A stretch of DNA of 63,112 nt, counting the filler, from Phoronis australis (lineage: Eukaryota > Animalia > Phoronida), in the NCBI GenBank assembly GCA_002633005.1. It is 11 parts of 11 records of this genome, joined end to end, with 100 filler letters (N's around TTAATTAATTAA, not from the genome) between each part and the next. Parts side by side here need not be neighbours in the genome. Positions count along the whole stretch, not along the records: positions 50,251 to 55,795 come from NMRA01002317.1; positions 55,896 to 60,663 come from NMRA01002490.1; positions 60,764 to 63,112 come from NMRA01003722.1; 8 more parts are not named here. One strand, 5' to 3'. The translations under genes were made by a program, and so were the position numbers. The notes beneath the pieces were generated by a model that worked only from the letters and a program-made list of their open reading frames with translations, was not told the DNA's origin and searched no databases. Positions 50,401 through 63,112 of this stretch are shown one piece after another (the first letter of the stretch is position 1; every line of letters starts with the position of its first letter).

Positions 50401-52609
50401 CCGCTTGCGATGCAAACGATCACGATGCTAACACTGTTGCGCAGCGGTGGACTAGGTCTAGCAGATCATGACGAAAGAAAAAAAAACAGCAGAGAAATGT
50501 GACTAATTTACAGCGAGACTGGGGAATTTTTATGTTGTGTAACTTATTCATTAATTTCTGATGTTATATATCATTCCATTGTAATCAGTCATGTTGGAAT
50601 AAAGTGCTTCTTTCAGAATTGTCAGTACCCTAGGGTGAAGCATTACAATTGATCGCTTTGTCTATGCAACTCTGTTCACGACTACGCCAGTCATGACCTC
50701 GTGTGTGACACCCTATCGCAATTTATATGCTGTCGGCACAGCCAGATTTTCACTCTGTAGCCATAGTACGTCAACTGTACGATACTTCTTGTACAAGCAT
50801 TATTCTCATTACTCAACTTCTACCATCGTGCTTTGTACGTAAACACGTTTTCCCGAAGTATTTACACTGTCTAAACTCGATTCACACACAGAACTGCAAA
50901 TATAAATGTTAAAAGCTGTGGTAGAATAAGAATGGACTTGCTGTAAGATGACTAGAATCTTGCATTTATGGAAGAGTGATTGTGTTTTAAAAGAGGCGCC
51001 TGGGGGCAGACTGCTGCAATGTACTTGAGCCATTTTATTTTATTTTTGTGTGCTCATGGCACAAAAGCGCATTCCAGGAATATCACAGCAAGCTTGTTTT
51101 GAAAGACATTTCAAAAACGATCATTCAACTCGAAAAGTGATTTTTTATAAATCTTTATCGAACAAAGTATACAGATAACAAACCATTCATGTCCAGATGC
51201 ATGCTAGTGATGGGGGTCATTTGCAATTCCAAGTTACTTCACAATAAGAGCACCATTAGGGGCCAACTTTTATTGAAATCTTCAAATGCGGAGCCATGTA
51301 TGTGACTATTATCAACTTACTTTTGGTACTTGCAACATTAAAACACAGGGTCACAATTAAAACAGCAACATATCCATCCTGATTTCAAGAACATGTGCCC
51401 AAACAATGATTTCTTTTTTAATTATTCAATCACTGGGTAATTCCATTTGTGACGGATGTACAATCACAGAACATTTTGATCAGTTGTGAAAAAAAATTTC
51501 AGCCTAGGAAAATAATCAATACATCAATTGTAAGTTCACATCTATTGCTATCAAAGTATGCATCAACTTTTCTGTTTTTATCTGGCTTTGAAAAATTTCC
51601 TATAAAGGGGTGTTGCAGACGTACACAGAGAATATGAATTTCTGAACAAATTTCAAATGTTAATTTTCTGTGACTTACACAAACCTACAATTTTTTGTTT
51701 TATATGATTTAGTAGAATGTTTGTAAAGTACAAAATACAAATTTTTTTTGATAACATGTTCTAAGAAACTTTTGCAAGAAAACTCGATGTAAGGTGATTT
51801 GAGAGTTAATGGAGTCCGATTGCAAACAATAACATTAGCTTCCCTATGCTTGCGCTAACCCCTCGGCATTGGCAAATTCTGAACAGCACTGGCCAATTTG
51901 ACAAGTGCTTTCGGAACTTGACAATAACCATTAATTTTGGGAAACCTAATCGTGTCTAGTCATGACGAGTTTACAATTTAGGGAACTGAACGAGGTACTG
52001 CTCAAAGAAAGTTTGATTTAACAGTAACTAGTATTTCTTCGAGATGGAAGGAATTAAAAACAGACGGCCTCCTAAGGTGTCCCTCTATATGCAAAAGGTA
52101 TATAACGACGTGACACTGACGTCTTAGTCAGTGTAAGGCACAATTCACGGAAAAGCTTCCAGCAAAAGCTCCTATAGGAGCTATCACCATCCCTAGTCAG
52201 CTAGAGACGGTGGTCACTGTCTATAGAAAATAGTGTTAGTGTGGTATCATACCTTAAGTAAATCTCAGTCAGTCCGCCAAAATTGAACACTTGTTTTACT
52301 ATATAGTTGGAAATATATTTTTTTTCTGAAGGCAAATGATCTTTCTTATGAAAAAGACCAGTGCATAACAAGAAAAAAGTTTGGTTCATGTCAGTGGTGG
52401 ATCTAGGATATCATAAGGGGGCCCCAACATTTAGTCCGGCTGTAAGCATTTGTACAAACTGAACCACGATTGTAGATGCGCATAGCACCGAATGGGGTTT
52501 GCCCCCTCCCGCCCAGGAAATTTTTCTGTTTTTACCTCTAAAAATCAAGCATTTTCCTTGATTCCTGAAGTATTATCCAAGAAAAAAAAGGCAAAAAAAC
52601 ACGGAAAAC

Positions 52610-52676
52610 GTGTCAAACAGACTCGAACTCACGACCTGGTGCATAGCGCGCGCGTGCGTTACCACTACACCACCAC
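52610..52676 (-). mobile_element. tRNA-derived SINE head or tRNA pseudogene
   Basis: Minus strand GTGGTGTAGTGGTAA (A box) ... GAGTTCGAGTC (B box); no intact cloverleaf. Confidence 0.55.
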
Positions 52677-54789
52677 GATTCAACTACTAATCTCATATTA
52701 AGAGACCTACTTGTTTATGGTCCACAGCGTTTGCGTGCGAAACCTACTTCTTTTTGTAATGCTTATTACACGTTTTGTGCCATCGATTCTTAAAAATTTT
52801 TTCGTATTTAAAATAGTCTTCACATGCCCAAAAGACCAAATCTGTTTTTCTTGTTGGCAATAATGACGGGATTGCTTTGGAAATCGTCTTAAGATAAGGT
52901 TTGACAAAGAGAGTATTGCGAGTTTCTGAGTGATTCACTAAGGCTTCGATTAAAATTTACATCTTACCAGCAGCTTCTGTTTTTTCATCGTCACTCAGGT
53001 TCCGTTTTCTTTAAAAAATGAAGTAAATTTTCTTCATTGCACAGTGGAGCAGACGACGGAAACGGAGACGTAGTGCGCAGCGCCACTGCCGGTCGCCTGG
53101 GATATCGCGGGAGAGCCTATACTTAGCCATAGTTCCGTTACGAATGCGCCGTGTTCCGAATTTGACACTTGAAATTGGATCTGAGCCCCCCCCTCCCAAC
53201 ACTAAAACTGCACAAATTTAAATCTTTTTTCATCCGTAAATTTTAATTACTGGGGTTAATTAATAATCTCAACATTTCCCTACGCTCTTGCTGTTTTATT
53301 TTTTTGCGGCAGCCAAGGGGGGGGGGNNNNNNNNNNNNNNNNNNNNNNNNNNNNNNNNNNNNNNNNNNNNNNNNNNNNNNNNNNNNNNNNNNNNNNNNNN
53401 NNNNNNNNNNNNNNNNNNNNNNNNNNNNNNNNNNNNNNNNNNNNNNNNATGCATGTAACTGTATTTTTATCAATTACGGGGGATAGGAAAAGAGAAATTA
53501 TTTGGCTGATATTTTTTGAAAATGGCTCAAAGTTTTCAGAGTGTTGTTGTGACGTGCAGGCTGGTGTACACCGGAGAAGTGAAAGGACACTAACCGCTCA
53601 ATACAGGATTTTTGTAATCTTCGCGACGAAAATCCTTTCGGTGCACAGTTTTTCAGACAATGCAATACTTTCAGCATAAGGAACGAGGAGCAAACAAGCC
53701 TCGAATACAGGCACAGATTCAGACATGTGTATAATCACAACGAAAATTATGGGGAAAAATGAATTTGAGATTATGTCGGAATATGATGATGAACAAAGAA
53801 AAGCATGTGGAAAAATTGTTCATCGACTTTGAAATAAAAAGGCAGCACCATCGCGTAAAACCGTGGTAGTTGAAACCATAAAGTTGATGTGCAGGAAATG
53901 CATTGTAATCGCATTGCAAACCTTGAAGTGATGAGGAGTAAAACAACAGGACAGCCGTAGAATACTAGGGCCAGCGTCCACCTTCACAAAACAAAATGGC
54001 GATTTTTTCCTTTCTGCTTACAGATAGGAGGCGCTTTTCGGTATGTTTTGAGGCACCGTCTGGTGAAGAAAATGAACACTAGAAACACGCCCTGCAGTAC
54101 AACAGGTACAAAGTGCAAGCGATTTACTGCAACCATAGATATTAGCAGGAAGAGATAACCAGGAAGGGACAACTGTTTTAGCGTGATTTCAAAAGTAAAT
54201 GTTCAAGTTATCTGGAATCCAAGCATTATTTTTGAAAGATTAACTCTTTAGCTATAAAATGACACCACTTTGGCCCTCAAAGACAGTGCATATTACTGGC
54301 ACTGGGATGCTTTGAACGTGACATGTTTACCCTTCCAAAACATGCTTCTTCCCAGGCATGTACTCGGGCATGAGCCTCTTTTTGAACCAACAGATGTCAC
54401 TTACATATGCAAATGAGGCTCGCATCGCTACGTCATACAACATCAGATACGGCGCGAGCTTCCAATTTGAAACGTCACGGGTGCCTATAGTGTATGACCT
54501 GAAACGCAGTAGTCTACTTGATCGGGTATATCCTAGCCGATTCCAAGAAAACTAAGAACTCACCCAAGTCAATGTTCAAAGAACATTGAGTATGGTTTCA
54601 CATGAAAATACATTTAATTGTATTTGGATACGCTTGCGTGTGTGTATGCGTTGACTTTGTCATTTTGCTTAAATCCAGATTTAAAAGCAGAAAATCATGG
54701 TAGCGTTAGCCCTAAGCCACGGTGGCCGGTGTCGTGGCAGTCCCCGGGAAGTCTGATCCATGCACGTGCAATTCGATGAACTAATGCTA

Positions 54790-55043
54790 GTCGCTGGTCA
54801 GCTCCGCTACGATTCATTTGGGACGTGCGGCTTAGCTCGGACCTATGCCCGTGTTCTGGCTCCAAAGATCGTTTTTTGATCCCCAACGGTTTCGGGAAAA
54901 GTTCATTTTAATAGGGATCGCTGGTCAGCTCCGCTACGATTCATTTTGGACGTGCGGCTTAGCTCGAACCTATGCCCGTGTTCTGGCTCCAAAGATCGTT
55001 TTTTGATCCCCAACGGTTTCGGGAAAAGTTCATTTTAATAGGG
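54790..55043. repeat. ~127-bp tandem duplication
   Basis: TCGCTGGTCAGCTCCGCTACG...CATTTTAATAGGG occurs twice, nearly identical. Confidence 0.9.
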
Positions 55044-58000
55044 TCATTCCCTGAAGATTGTTTTGAAAGGTATGGTCCCCGAAGTCCTTGGCCTATAGAG
55101 CTCATCAAAATTCCTTGTTGAAACACGGCCACTTGTCCAGCTTCTGCCGGGCGGCTGGGGAAAATGAACGTGTGTCCCAAAAATGTACACACTTCAACGC
55201 CTTCATTTCTCGTCAATCACTGGCCGCGGATTCTACGCCGGTCTAATGCATGACTACACCTTATTTTTAACGTGGTTACGTAACTGAGTCATGACGTGCC
55301 CAGCCTGCGCAGTATGCACGGGAATGGCAAGCAAACGATTCGGTTTAGAAGAGCCACTAAAATTCATTGCACAATACTACTGTGACAGGGAAGTGCAAAG
55401 ACAATCTTCACAAATTTACGAACAATGACTTGAACTTATTTTTCGATCTACGGTTTACAATTTTTTAAATTTCACTAGTCTAGTTTTTGATTCAATAAAG
55501 CATTTAGAGCTGTTTGACATTCATGAACTTATCACTGTCATCGTTATTGTACTTCATTGCGACATGGTGGTCTGATGATTGGTAGAATTTTCCCAAGTCA
55601 GCCTTCAACTAAGTTCAGTGACGGATCGTCATTTCTTACAAGGTAGCTTCTGTGCTGTGCACTAATGTTTTGTGTTTTTGATGAATTTGGAATCTCAACT
55701 TCCACTCGTGAGTAGTTGGCAGAGACATGTCGGAGGTGTATAGAGGCACAGGGCACAGCACTGAAAAAATGGGGGCTAAAACCCCCTCAGCCCCCNNNNN
55801 NNNNNNNNNNNNNNNNNNNNNNNNNNNNNNNNNNNNNNNTTAATTAATTAANNNNNNNNNNNNNNNNNNNNNNNNNNNNNNNNNNNNNNNNNNNNTTAAA
55901 GGTTCTGCATGCAACCCCACCGGTCGTAAGCTCTACATGTTGATATAAGTTCCACGACGAGGTGACGAGCTGGCATACCCGTGTTGTGAGTGTGAAGTTT
56001 CTTTGTCTAACGGAGATCAAGGCACAGCTTCCTACATGTAGCTGAAAGTTGACGATAATCCTCTTCATACAGCCATATGGGTTTCTAACTTAGTGTGTAC
56101 ATTTATGATGTGACTTTTATAAACACATCGTATACTTTATGTACATACACTAAACGTACCGAGAGTGGCGTACATGATGTAATATCCCACGAGACATTAT
56201 TCCCGCGTACCGACCTCGATCTTCGGTCTCGGTCAATACGCAGAATAATGTCAAGTGGTATATTACTTCATTTACGACAATCGAGGTTTGTTTGTTATTT
56301 ATCCCATACGCTTCAAATTCCTAAGTTTCTTTCACTTTTCCCGCAGATATTTTGAATACTTCACCCAAGCTCTTCTTGTGGCGGATCACATCCTATACAT
56401 GTATGTGTGTACTTCCGTGTTAGGGTGCAAGTTTTCTCTAGTAAAAGAAACAGTTTTAAATGTGACCATTTATTACTTGAAAAGAGATTCCAAAGACGAA
56501 AACAAGGATAAATTTTCTTTGAACGTGTAACATCTGAAAATAGTTAAATAACAGCAATATTTGATGTAATTTTTTTCGGAAAACTAGGTTCGAAACATGA
56601 AAAGTAAATATGACCAAATTGCGGCGATCGTACTGTTACGGATTAGGTATTTTGCTGAATGAAGAGTTACGCTTTTTCTTGTAAATTGTTGATCAAAATA
56701 TTTTCTAGGCGAACCAGGTCATCTACTCATATTGTTGACGAGTTTAAGACATATTCAACAGTGGTGGCTGTCATGTGCAATTAGTCACATCTGGTTTAAT
56801 TTGTTGATCAAGAATATTAACATCAAGCATAGCCTGATCCTATGCACTCACTGGGGCTAACAGTTGATTTGTCATTGATCTGAAAGAATACTTGATGTTA
56901 TTAAATATATTTTTATTAAAATAAAAAACAGGCTCGTAATGGAAAATAAAAAAAAAATTATTTGACCATCAATTCTGCTTTCTTGGTTGTAATAATTCTT
57001 ACGTCTATTTCATGTGTTAGGTTTCAAATATCAATCTTGACCAAGTTGAATTTTAATTTCAATTCGTTCGTCCAAAGCATAACCTCGTTTTAGAGCCCAA
57101 TTTCATTTAACTGGACAAGCAATCATAGTTATCATGTTTCTCGAGGAGCCTTGTTCATCCGAGGGGAAAGGTGCCAGTGCCTACTGACAGGCGATTTTTT
57201 CGCCGAGTGAGGGGAACAATCTACCTCTCGATCACAATCATATAGCACTCCCGCCCTGTTGCAAGCTCTCATAGGCTCTGTCTCAGTTTAAAGTAGCCTT
57301 TTGTGCTCTTAAAAATTGTCACCTGTGTGGTTACAAGTGATGTGAACTCAGAGAGATTTTTCACTACGGGAGATTTTATGCCTCGTGGTGGAATTTCGCG
57401 TGATATTTCAATATTTTTGAGACAGGAATTGGGCCCCAAATTCGAGAGATTGGGGGTCCTGTCCTTTTTGAAAAGAAAAATTATAATGTTTCAACCCGTA
57501 GTCATGAAAACACAGCCTGGCTGGCCCATTCTTCGGTAGTTACTATGATGCTTGGCAACCGAGATGCGACAAAACATGATCTAACTCTTCGAAAACATTT
57601 ATAAATTTTACACTGACATATTTTGCTTCGACGCGGCGTATGACAACGACCCAACGCTTCCGAACCTCAACGTCTTTAGGGATTGCAAAGCAGACAGTTG
57701 AGTGACTGTATTTTTTCTAGCCGTTCGCGGAGCAACGCGGACTGAAATACAACTATGCCGATAAGCTAACAGAGTTATAGTAGCGAGCCTCGTTTTGGAA
57801 CGCGCCTCCTGTCGGCGAGAATTGGGTCTATAGTAATTTATATACATTGTTGTAAACAGTGGGGACGGCATTAGGATTTTTAATTTTTCATTTCGAAAGT
57901 TTTTAAATGGCATGCATTTTTCGTGAAAAGTACATTTTGGTAGGTTTTTTGAATTATGTCAATTGGACAAGAACTTCTATAACGTAAAACTGACGTACAT

Positions 58001-60310
58001 GTAGATGGTTGTTTACATCCATTGAGTTGCTTCATTAATTTTTCTGAGCCAATGGGCTAATTACCAAAGATCATCAACTAGCATTTGATAATTGAAGAAC
58101 GTCAAACGTCATCGTCAAATAATGGGCATGTTGGTTGAGTCGTTATCTGATTAATGAACTAAGTAACTACTCATGCCAATCAATTGAGAATCGAATTGTA
58201 TGGTGAAAACAAGCCAAACAAACAGGTAGATATTTGAGAGATGACTAGTTAAGTCCTATGGATATGGTTTCAATGTTACAAAAGTTGACTGACAGATGAA
58301 GAAAAGCCTTCATAATAAGAACCGCTGACATTTGCTGTGAAGAATGCAGTAGGCATTCATCCAAACTTTATTAATTTTCTTCGGTGCCGTTTGGCGTAAC
58401 TAAATTTTGTGCAAAGCTGCGACGGCATTCTCAAAGTGACATGGCAACTAATTTCTCCAATTATCAAAGCGAAAATTCAAACAAGGGACAAATATATTTA
58501 TATCGTGTAGCTTTAAAATTTACTGTGGCAAGTTCATGACATAGGTTCACTTTTTATTGGAACACAAGCATAAGACAATAAAATAATGGTACAGAGTATT
58601 AGCCCAGAAAACAAATCATTATATTCCAATTTATCTGTATGCCTAACTATAAGCTATCTAAATAAATCGAAATAATAAAAACAATAGGAAATCAAACCGA
58701 ATTCAAGGAACACGCATTCACAAAATAGAGAAAAAAAAACAAAAAAATTAGTGTAGCGTAAAAACCCATATCTTACTGATGCTTTTAAAAGTGACGTCAT
58801 TCAGATTTTGCGTTTGTGCAGCTTTTGAAAAACAAAAACACAAGATATTAACAAAAATTGACGCTGGTCGGACTCGTTTCTAATCGGTGAGAACAGGTCT
58901 CAAATGGCTCACGGAAGCGATCACAACCACCTAATAATTTTCGACTTGATGATGAATGCACTTCTTGAGTTTTTAGCTTTGAAAAGAGCTATAAAACTAA
59001 AATTACATTGCTCCTTTCACAGAAAACTTCGTTCACGCTAGTGTAGCAAATGAAATGAAATATTCAAGTGATTGTACAAGAGCAATGCGTTTCGTTGAAG
59101 TGCACCCACGAATGAATCGCAAACGGGGTGTTTCTAGGGTTGTTTATGTGTATCATAAAAATGACCACTAGATGGCGCAACAACGTAAATTCCATCCGAA
59201 AAACAAGAAGGTGACATCTGTCAAGGAACTTCAGTGGAACAAAGGAAAACGGGGAAAAATTAATTGCCACTAGGGGCACGTGATTTTCATTCTCTAAAAG
59301 GATTTCTTAAATACAGAGTTTGCCCATAATACTTCAGTAAATATTTAAAGAAATCCAACCTCTGGAAACTTAAAGTCCTTATCTCACGCGTTGTTAACCC
59401 TTATTACATGGCTAGAAGATGTTATAAGGATCCAAGAAGTACCTACCCCATAACTAATACACGATCCGTATTCGAAAACAGTTTAAATGAACGCGCCACT
59501 CACGATTCGCACCCGAAGAAACACCGCCATTTTGAACTTGCCGCGAACCCGGAAGTACAATTCATTCAGGAACCCAGGCCGAGAAAACGCCGTCAGTGCG
59601 ACTGGAGCTGTGCCTGTACTGTAACCAGCCAGCAAACGGGGATAAAAAAATCGACAGGGCGCCTTAATTTTATGGAATTTGCTGAAGAAATGTGGCGAAT
59701 AAATTTTGACAGAAATTATTTTGCCAGACTCGGGACCGCAGCCTATCGGACCCGGTGCGGATCGAGACCAGACACTGGCGAACGGTAAATGCATGCCGTT
59801 GCAAGCTGTTTTGTCGAAGTAAAATGGTCAAATGATAAATGCTGCATATATTCAAAGGTAGTTTCAGACACTTGCATGAAATTACGGACTGGTTAGTCCT
59901 GTGTCACACTGCTGGCCACAAACACAAAAAACACGAAATTTGAACAAAGTTTCTTTTTTGTAGCAACGTTTGTCAAAATGTATCAACTTAAAATCTTCAC
60001 AAATTACAAAGTAGCCGATTGAACATGCCTTTCAGTTCAGCAAAAGTCGACATTGTAGGTGCCGCCAGAAATGAGACGATCGAAGTCCAACGGGAATTGT
60101 GAGCACATTTATCACTTAATGAGTAACAACTGCGAGGCTGAAATTTGGTGAACACTGCTAAATCGTGCAGAATAGTAAGTAAAGATAAATTTTACCGTAA
60201 TTTGTTGGCGAAAACAATTTAAACAAAGTTTTAAACTCGTAACTCATCCCGCTGTCCTCCAATATGGCCGACGCGATCCAAACAAAAGTGACCCAAATTT
60301 CGCCACAAAA

Positions 60311-60589
60311 CTTGCAATAACTTTACAGTGCTTGCCCCGATTTTGATACTTTTTCGATTTTTACTGAGTAGAATGTACTGCATCTCCGATGATAGCAAAG
60401 TACTTTTTTAAAACGAGGAAAAAAATAAAACCGAAAAAAATTGGTTCGACCCATATTGGTTCCTAGGTTCGACCGGCCTCCGTAAGGAACTAAACACCAA
60501 TGCTATTTTAACATACTAAGTACGCGTAACATTTCAAAAAATCAACGACAACTAACTACAAACTATAAATACACTACATATGCAAACGA
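60311..60589 (-). repeat. Repeat, inverted copy of 47146-47426
   Basis: Contains GGTTCGACCGGCCT, the reverse of AGGCCGGTCGAACC at ~47257. Confidence 0.9.
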
Positions 60590-62157
60590 GTGTACGAGTA
60601 TAGGAGAGTTCACTCCGCCATTTTACCATTCGCCGCAATGGTTACCGGTCGAAACACTAGCGCNNNNNNNNNNNNNNNNNNNNNNNNNNNNNNNNNNNNN
60701 NNNNNNNTTAATTAATTAANNNNNNNNNNNNNNNNNNNNNNNNNNNNNNNNNNNNNNNNNNNNATTTAACTGCGGTAAACTTTCCTATCGAATCAGTAAG
60801 TGAATTTCAATATTAAAAAGTGTTACACTACAAATAAAACCCTACATCTTAATTTTTAAAGTCAGCACTGCAAGTGGCGTTAAAAGGAGGGGGTGCTGAT
60901 GTAACTTACCACACATACATTCTCTTCTCTGGGCAAAGAACCAGATCGTCTTTCTACCGTGTGGAGTCCCACGTCTGCATCTGCCTTGGGCAAGAAAGGT
61001 GACGTCGCGTGTTTGACATTTTCCCAGAGGACGGAAGTTGCACACAGCACTGTAGAATGGTCAAAACATTACCTGGGACACGATTACATTATCTTTTCTA
61101 TCTTAAGGTGCAGGGTAAGAACATATGACGTTTTTGATACAGACCAGCATCTTGTTTTGTGTATTTTATTAGTTGACTGTGGGCAATAACATTCAGGTGG
61201 CTGAGATTTCAGAAAACTTGAGAAGTCCTTCCGACCTCTTAATTTTTTTAGAGAGGGACAGCGAAAGGCAGAGCGACATGGGAGGGAGGTGGAGGGGTTG
61301 TAGACGGGGNAGCAGGGAAATTCTTATTATTCGACATCTGCTACAATCTCTAAATGTCATGACCAAATCCGTCCAATATGATGTCATCAAGTTATTGAAT
61401 GCCTTTCCGGATAAAGTCAAAGATGCAAAAACATTGGCTGCACTAGATTAACTTTGCCGAATTCTTTTACGTGGAATGTATCAAGGTAGGCCCAAATCTT
61501 CAGGCACTAACAGCCACCTTTACAGTTCACAGTTTGTTACAAAACGTTCTCCCACTAGCAAATAATCGACCACTCCTATGAGCGAGAACCTGTGAAAGTG
61601 TTGCGATTGTGATTATGGCTTACACTGTTGTGTGGACTAGACTTAAAAATCCATTACGACTGACCTATTCATTTCTAATTCCTAATAATTTAAGACGATT
61701 ACTAGATGACAACGTTAACAACCACCCCGAGTGCACTCATGAGTCCTTCGGAAACGTACACAATTCTTGGTGAGTTTTTGTTTTTAAGTAATGACGCGAT
61801 TGAGTCGCAAAACGATGCGTGGGCACGCCAGAACCAAGTACTCCATATTTACCTCAACAGAGAATTTCCATCGAGCTTTATTTTCTCTACTTGAAAGTGA
61901 AGAAGCAAATGATTGTATATTTTTTTCTTTTTCTCTGCTTATGAGCCATCTCAGTTGACCAAGTTGAGGTCCATGAGTTCAAATAAATTTCGAGAACCGA
62001 AGGGTAACAATCATTGCACTGTCATGGCACTCATCGCCTACTGTAGGTCTGATAAATGTGTTTCATATAATGTACCTCATGATAAATGTGGGTTTCATAT
62101 CGAGAGTCGCAGTGTGTAAATGATCTTACGACCAGCCTCGAAACCTACATGTAATGA

Positions 62158-63112
62158 CTTATTACTTTGCGCGTGTAAGCGCAGAGTACTGTTGTTCCTG
62201 GGTTTTCTTCAATTTTATTCTTCTTCTTCTTCTTATTCTTATTCTTATTCTTATTCTTATTCTTATTCTTCTTCCGACCAAGTTTGAGGCTTAATAACTC
62301 CAAATTGGGTACAGGTACGGTCTTTAAATTCAGCATATGACTTTTGACAGTATATAAATTTTGATTGGTTATATAATCATATTCCATATTGCACCGGAAG
62401 AGGTCGTTTGGTGCAAAGGTCATATAATTTTCAAAATGCTACTCCTCCTTCAGTTTTAAAGCTATCTTTTTCAAATTCGGTGCATAGGTATAAGTCAACA
62501 TGACAATTTAAAAAATTACTTTTCAACGTAATCTGGTTTTCCAATCAGGTGAAATAGGTCAAAGGTCATTAGGTGCAAACTAAAATTTTGAGCTAGACAC
62601 TTCAAATTGACAGGTCTTATTGCCACAGGTAAATCAAATCAGAATCCAAAGTTTCAGGTCATTTAATGCAAACATGGGGTCATTAGGTGCATTTTACTTC
62701 TGAAAATTTGACCTTTTCAATCAGCAAGTTTTCTGATGCGTTAACCGTTAGACAACTGTGATTCTCAGCGTTAAACACATTTTCCATGGGCTTTGCAATA
62801 ATTCTCCTAAATATGCTTAAAATGCACCGGATAAGGTCAATTAGTGCAAAGGTCATGTAATGTTCAAAATATTATATCTCTTACGTTTTTCAAGGAATTC
62901 TTTTCAATTTCAGCACACCGGTATAAGTCAACATGGCAATTTAAAAAATTACTTTTTTAAGCAATTGGGTCATCCAATCAGGTTAAATAGGTCAAAGGTC
63001 ATTAGGTGCAAACTAAAATTTTGAGCTAGACACTTTAAATTCACAGTTCTGATTGGCACAGACAATTCAATTTGGAATCCAAAGTTTCAGGTCATTTAGT
63101 GCAAACATGGGG
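62158..63112 (+). mobile_element. HINE-like family B: 5' hairpin, (TTCTTA)n/(TTC)n microsatellite, ~433-bp tandem core
   Basis: ACTTTGCGC-GTGTAA-GCGCAGAGT hairpin; microsatellite ~62215-62275; GTATAAGTCAACATG repeated at ~62488 and ~62921. Runs off the window end. Confidence 0.65.

Noticed and set aside
61173-61490. Exon-like coding sequence; similar stop-riddled segments at ~34150-35330, ~39065-39430, ~40800-41090 and ~54700-55220
   Set aside because: In-frame stops or Ns and no family recognisable by eye; possibly decayed transposon or pseudogene sequence.
62145-62423. ORF with KNKNKN repeat
   Set aside because: Translation of the (TTCTTA)n microsatellite of a HINE-like element.

Overview
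Animal (bilaterian invertebrate, possibly lophotrochozoan; this is an inference) nuclear scaffold, AT-rich and intron-rich. It has eleven long N-gaps, ten of them 100 bp with an artificial TTAATTAATTAA linker. Well-supported genes are MRPS16 (+, two coding exons), a complete RPL27 (-, four coding exons plus a 5'TOP non-coding exon), the first exon of DCTN2 (+, head-to-head with RPL27) and one isolated VWA8-like exon. Most ORFs in the supplied track are spurious. The rest is mostly transposon-derived: (i) a ~545-bp non-autonomous LTR element (TRIM) whose LTRs carry a tRNA-like Pol III promoter, present as two full copies and one solo LTR; (ii) Helentron-associated (HINE-like) elements whose tandem cores carry a CTCF-consensus motif about every 140 bp; (iii) Kolobok/THAP, Merlin and hAT derivatives, some nested; (iv) a perfect 137-bp fold-back and a 30-bp TIR/TSD micro-insertion. 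All identifications come from manual reading and recalled family knowledge; no searches were run.
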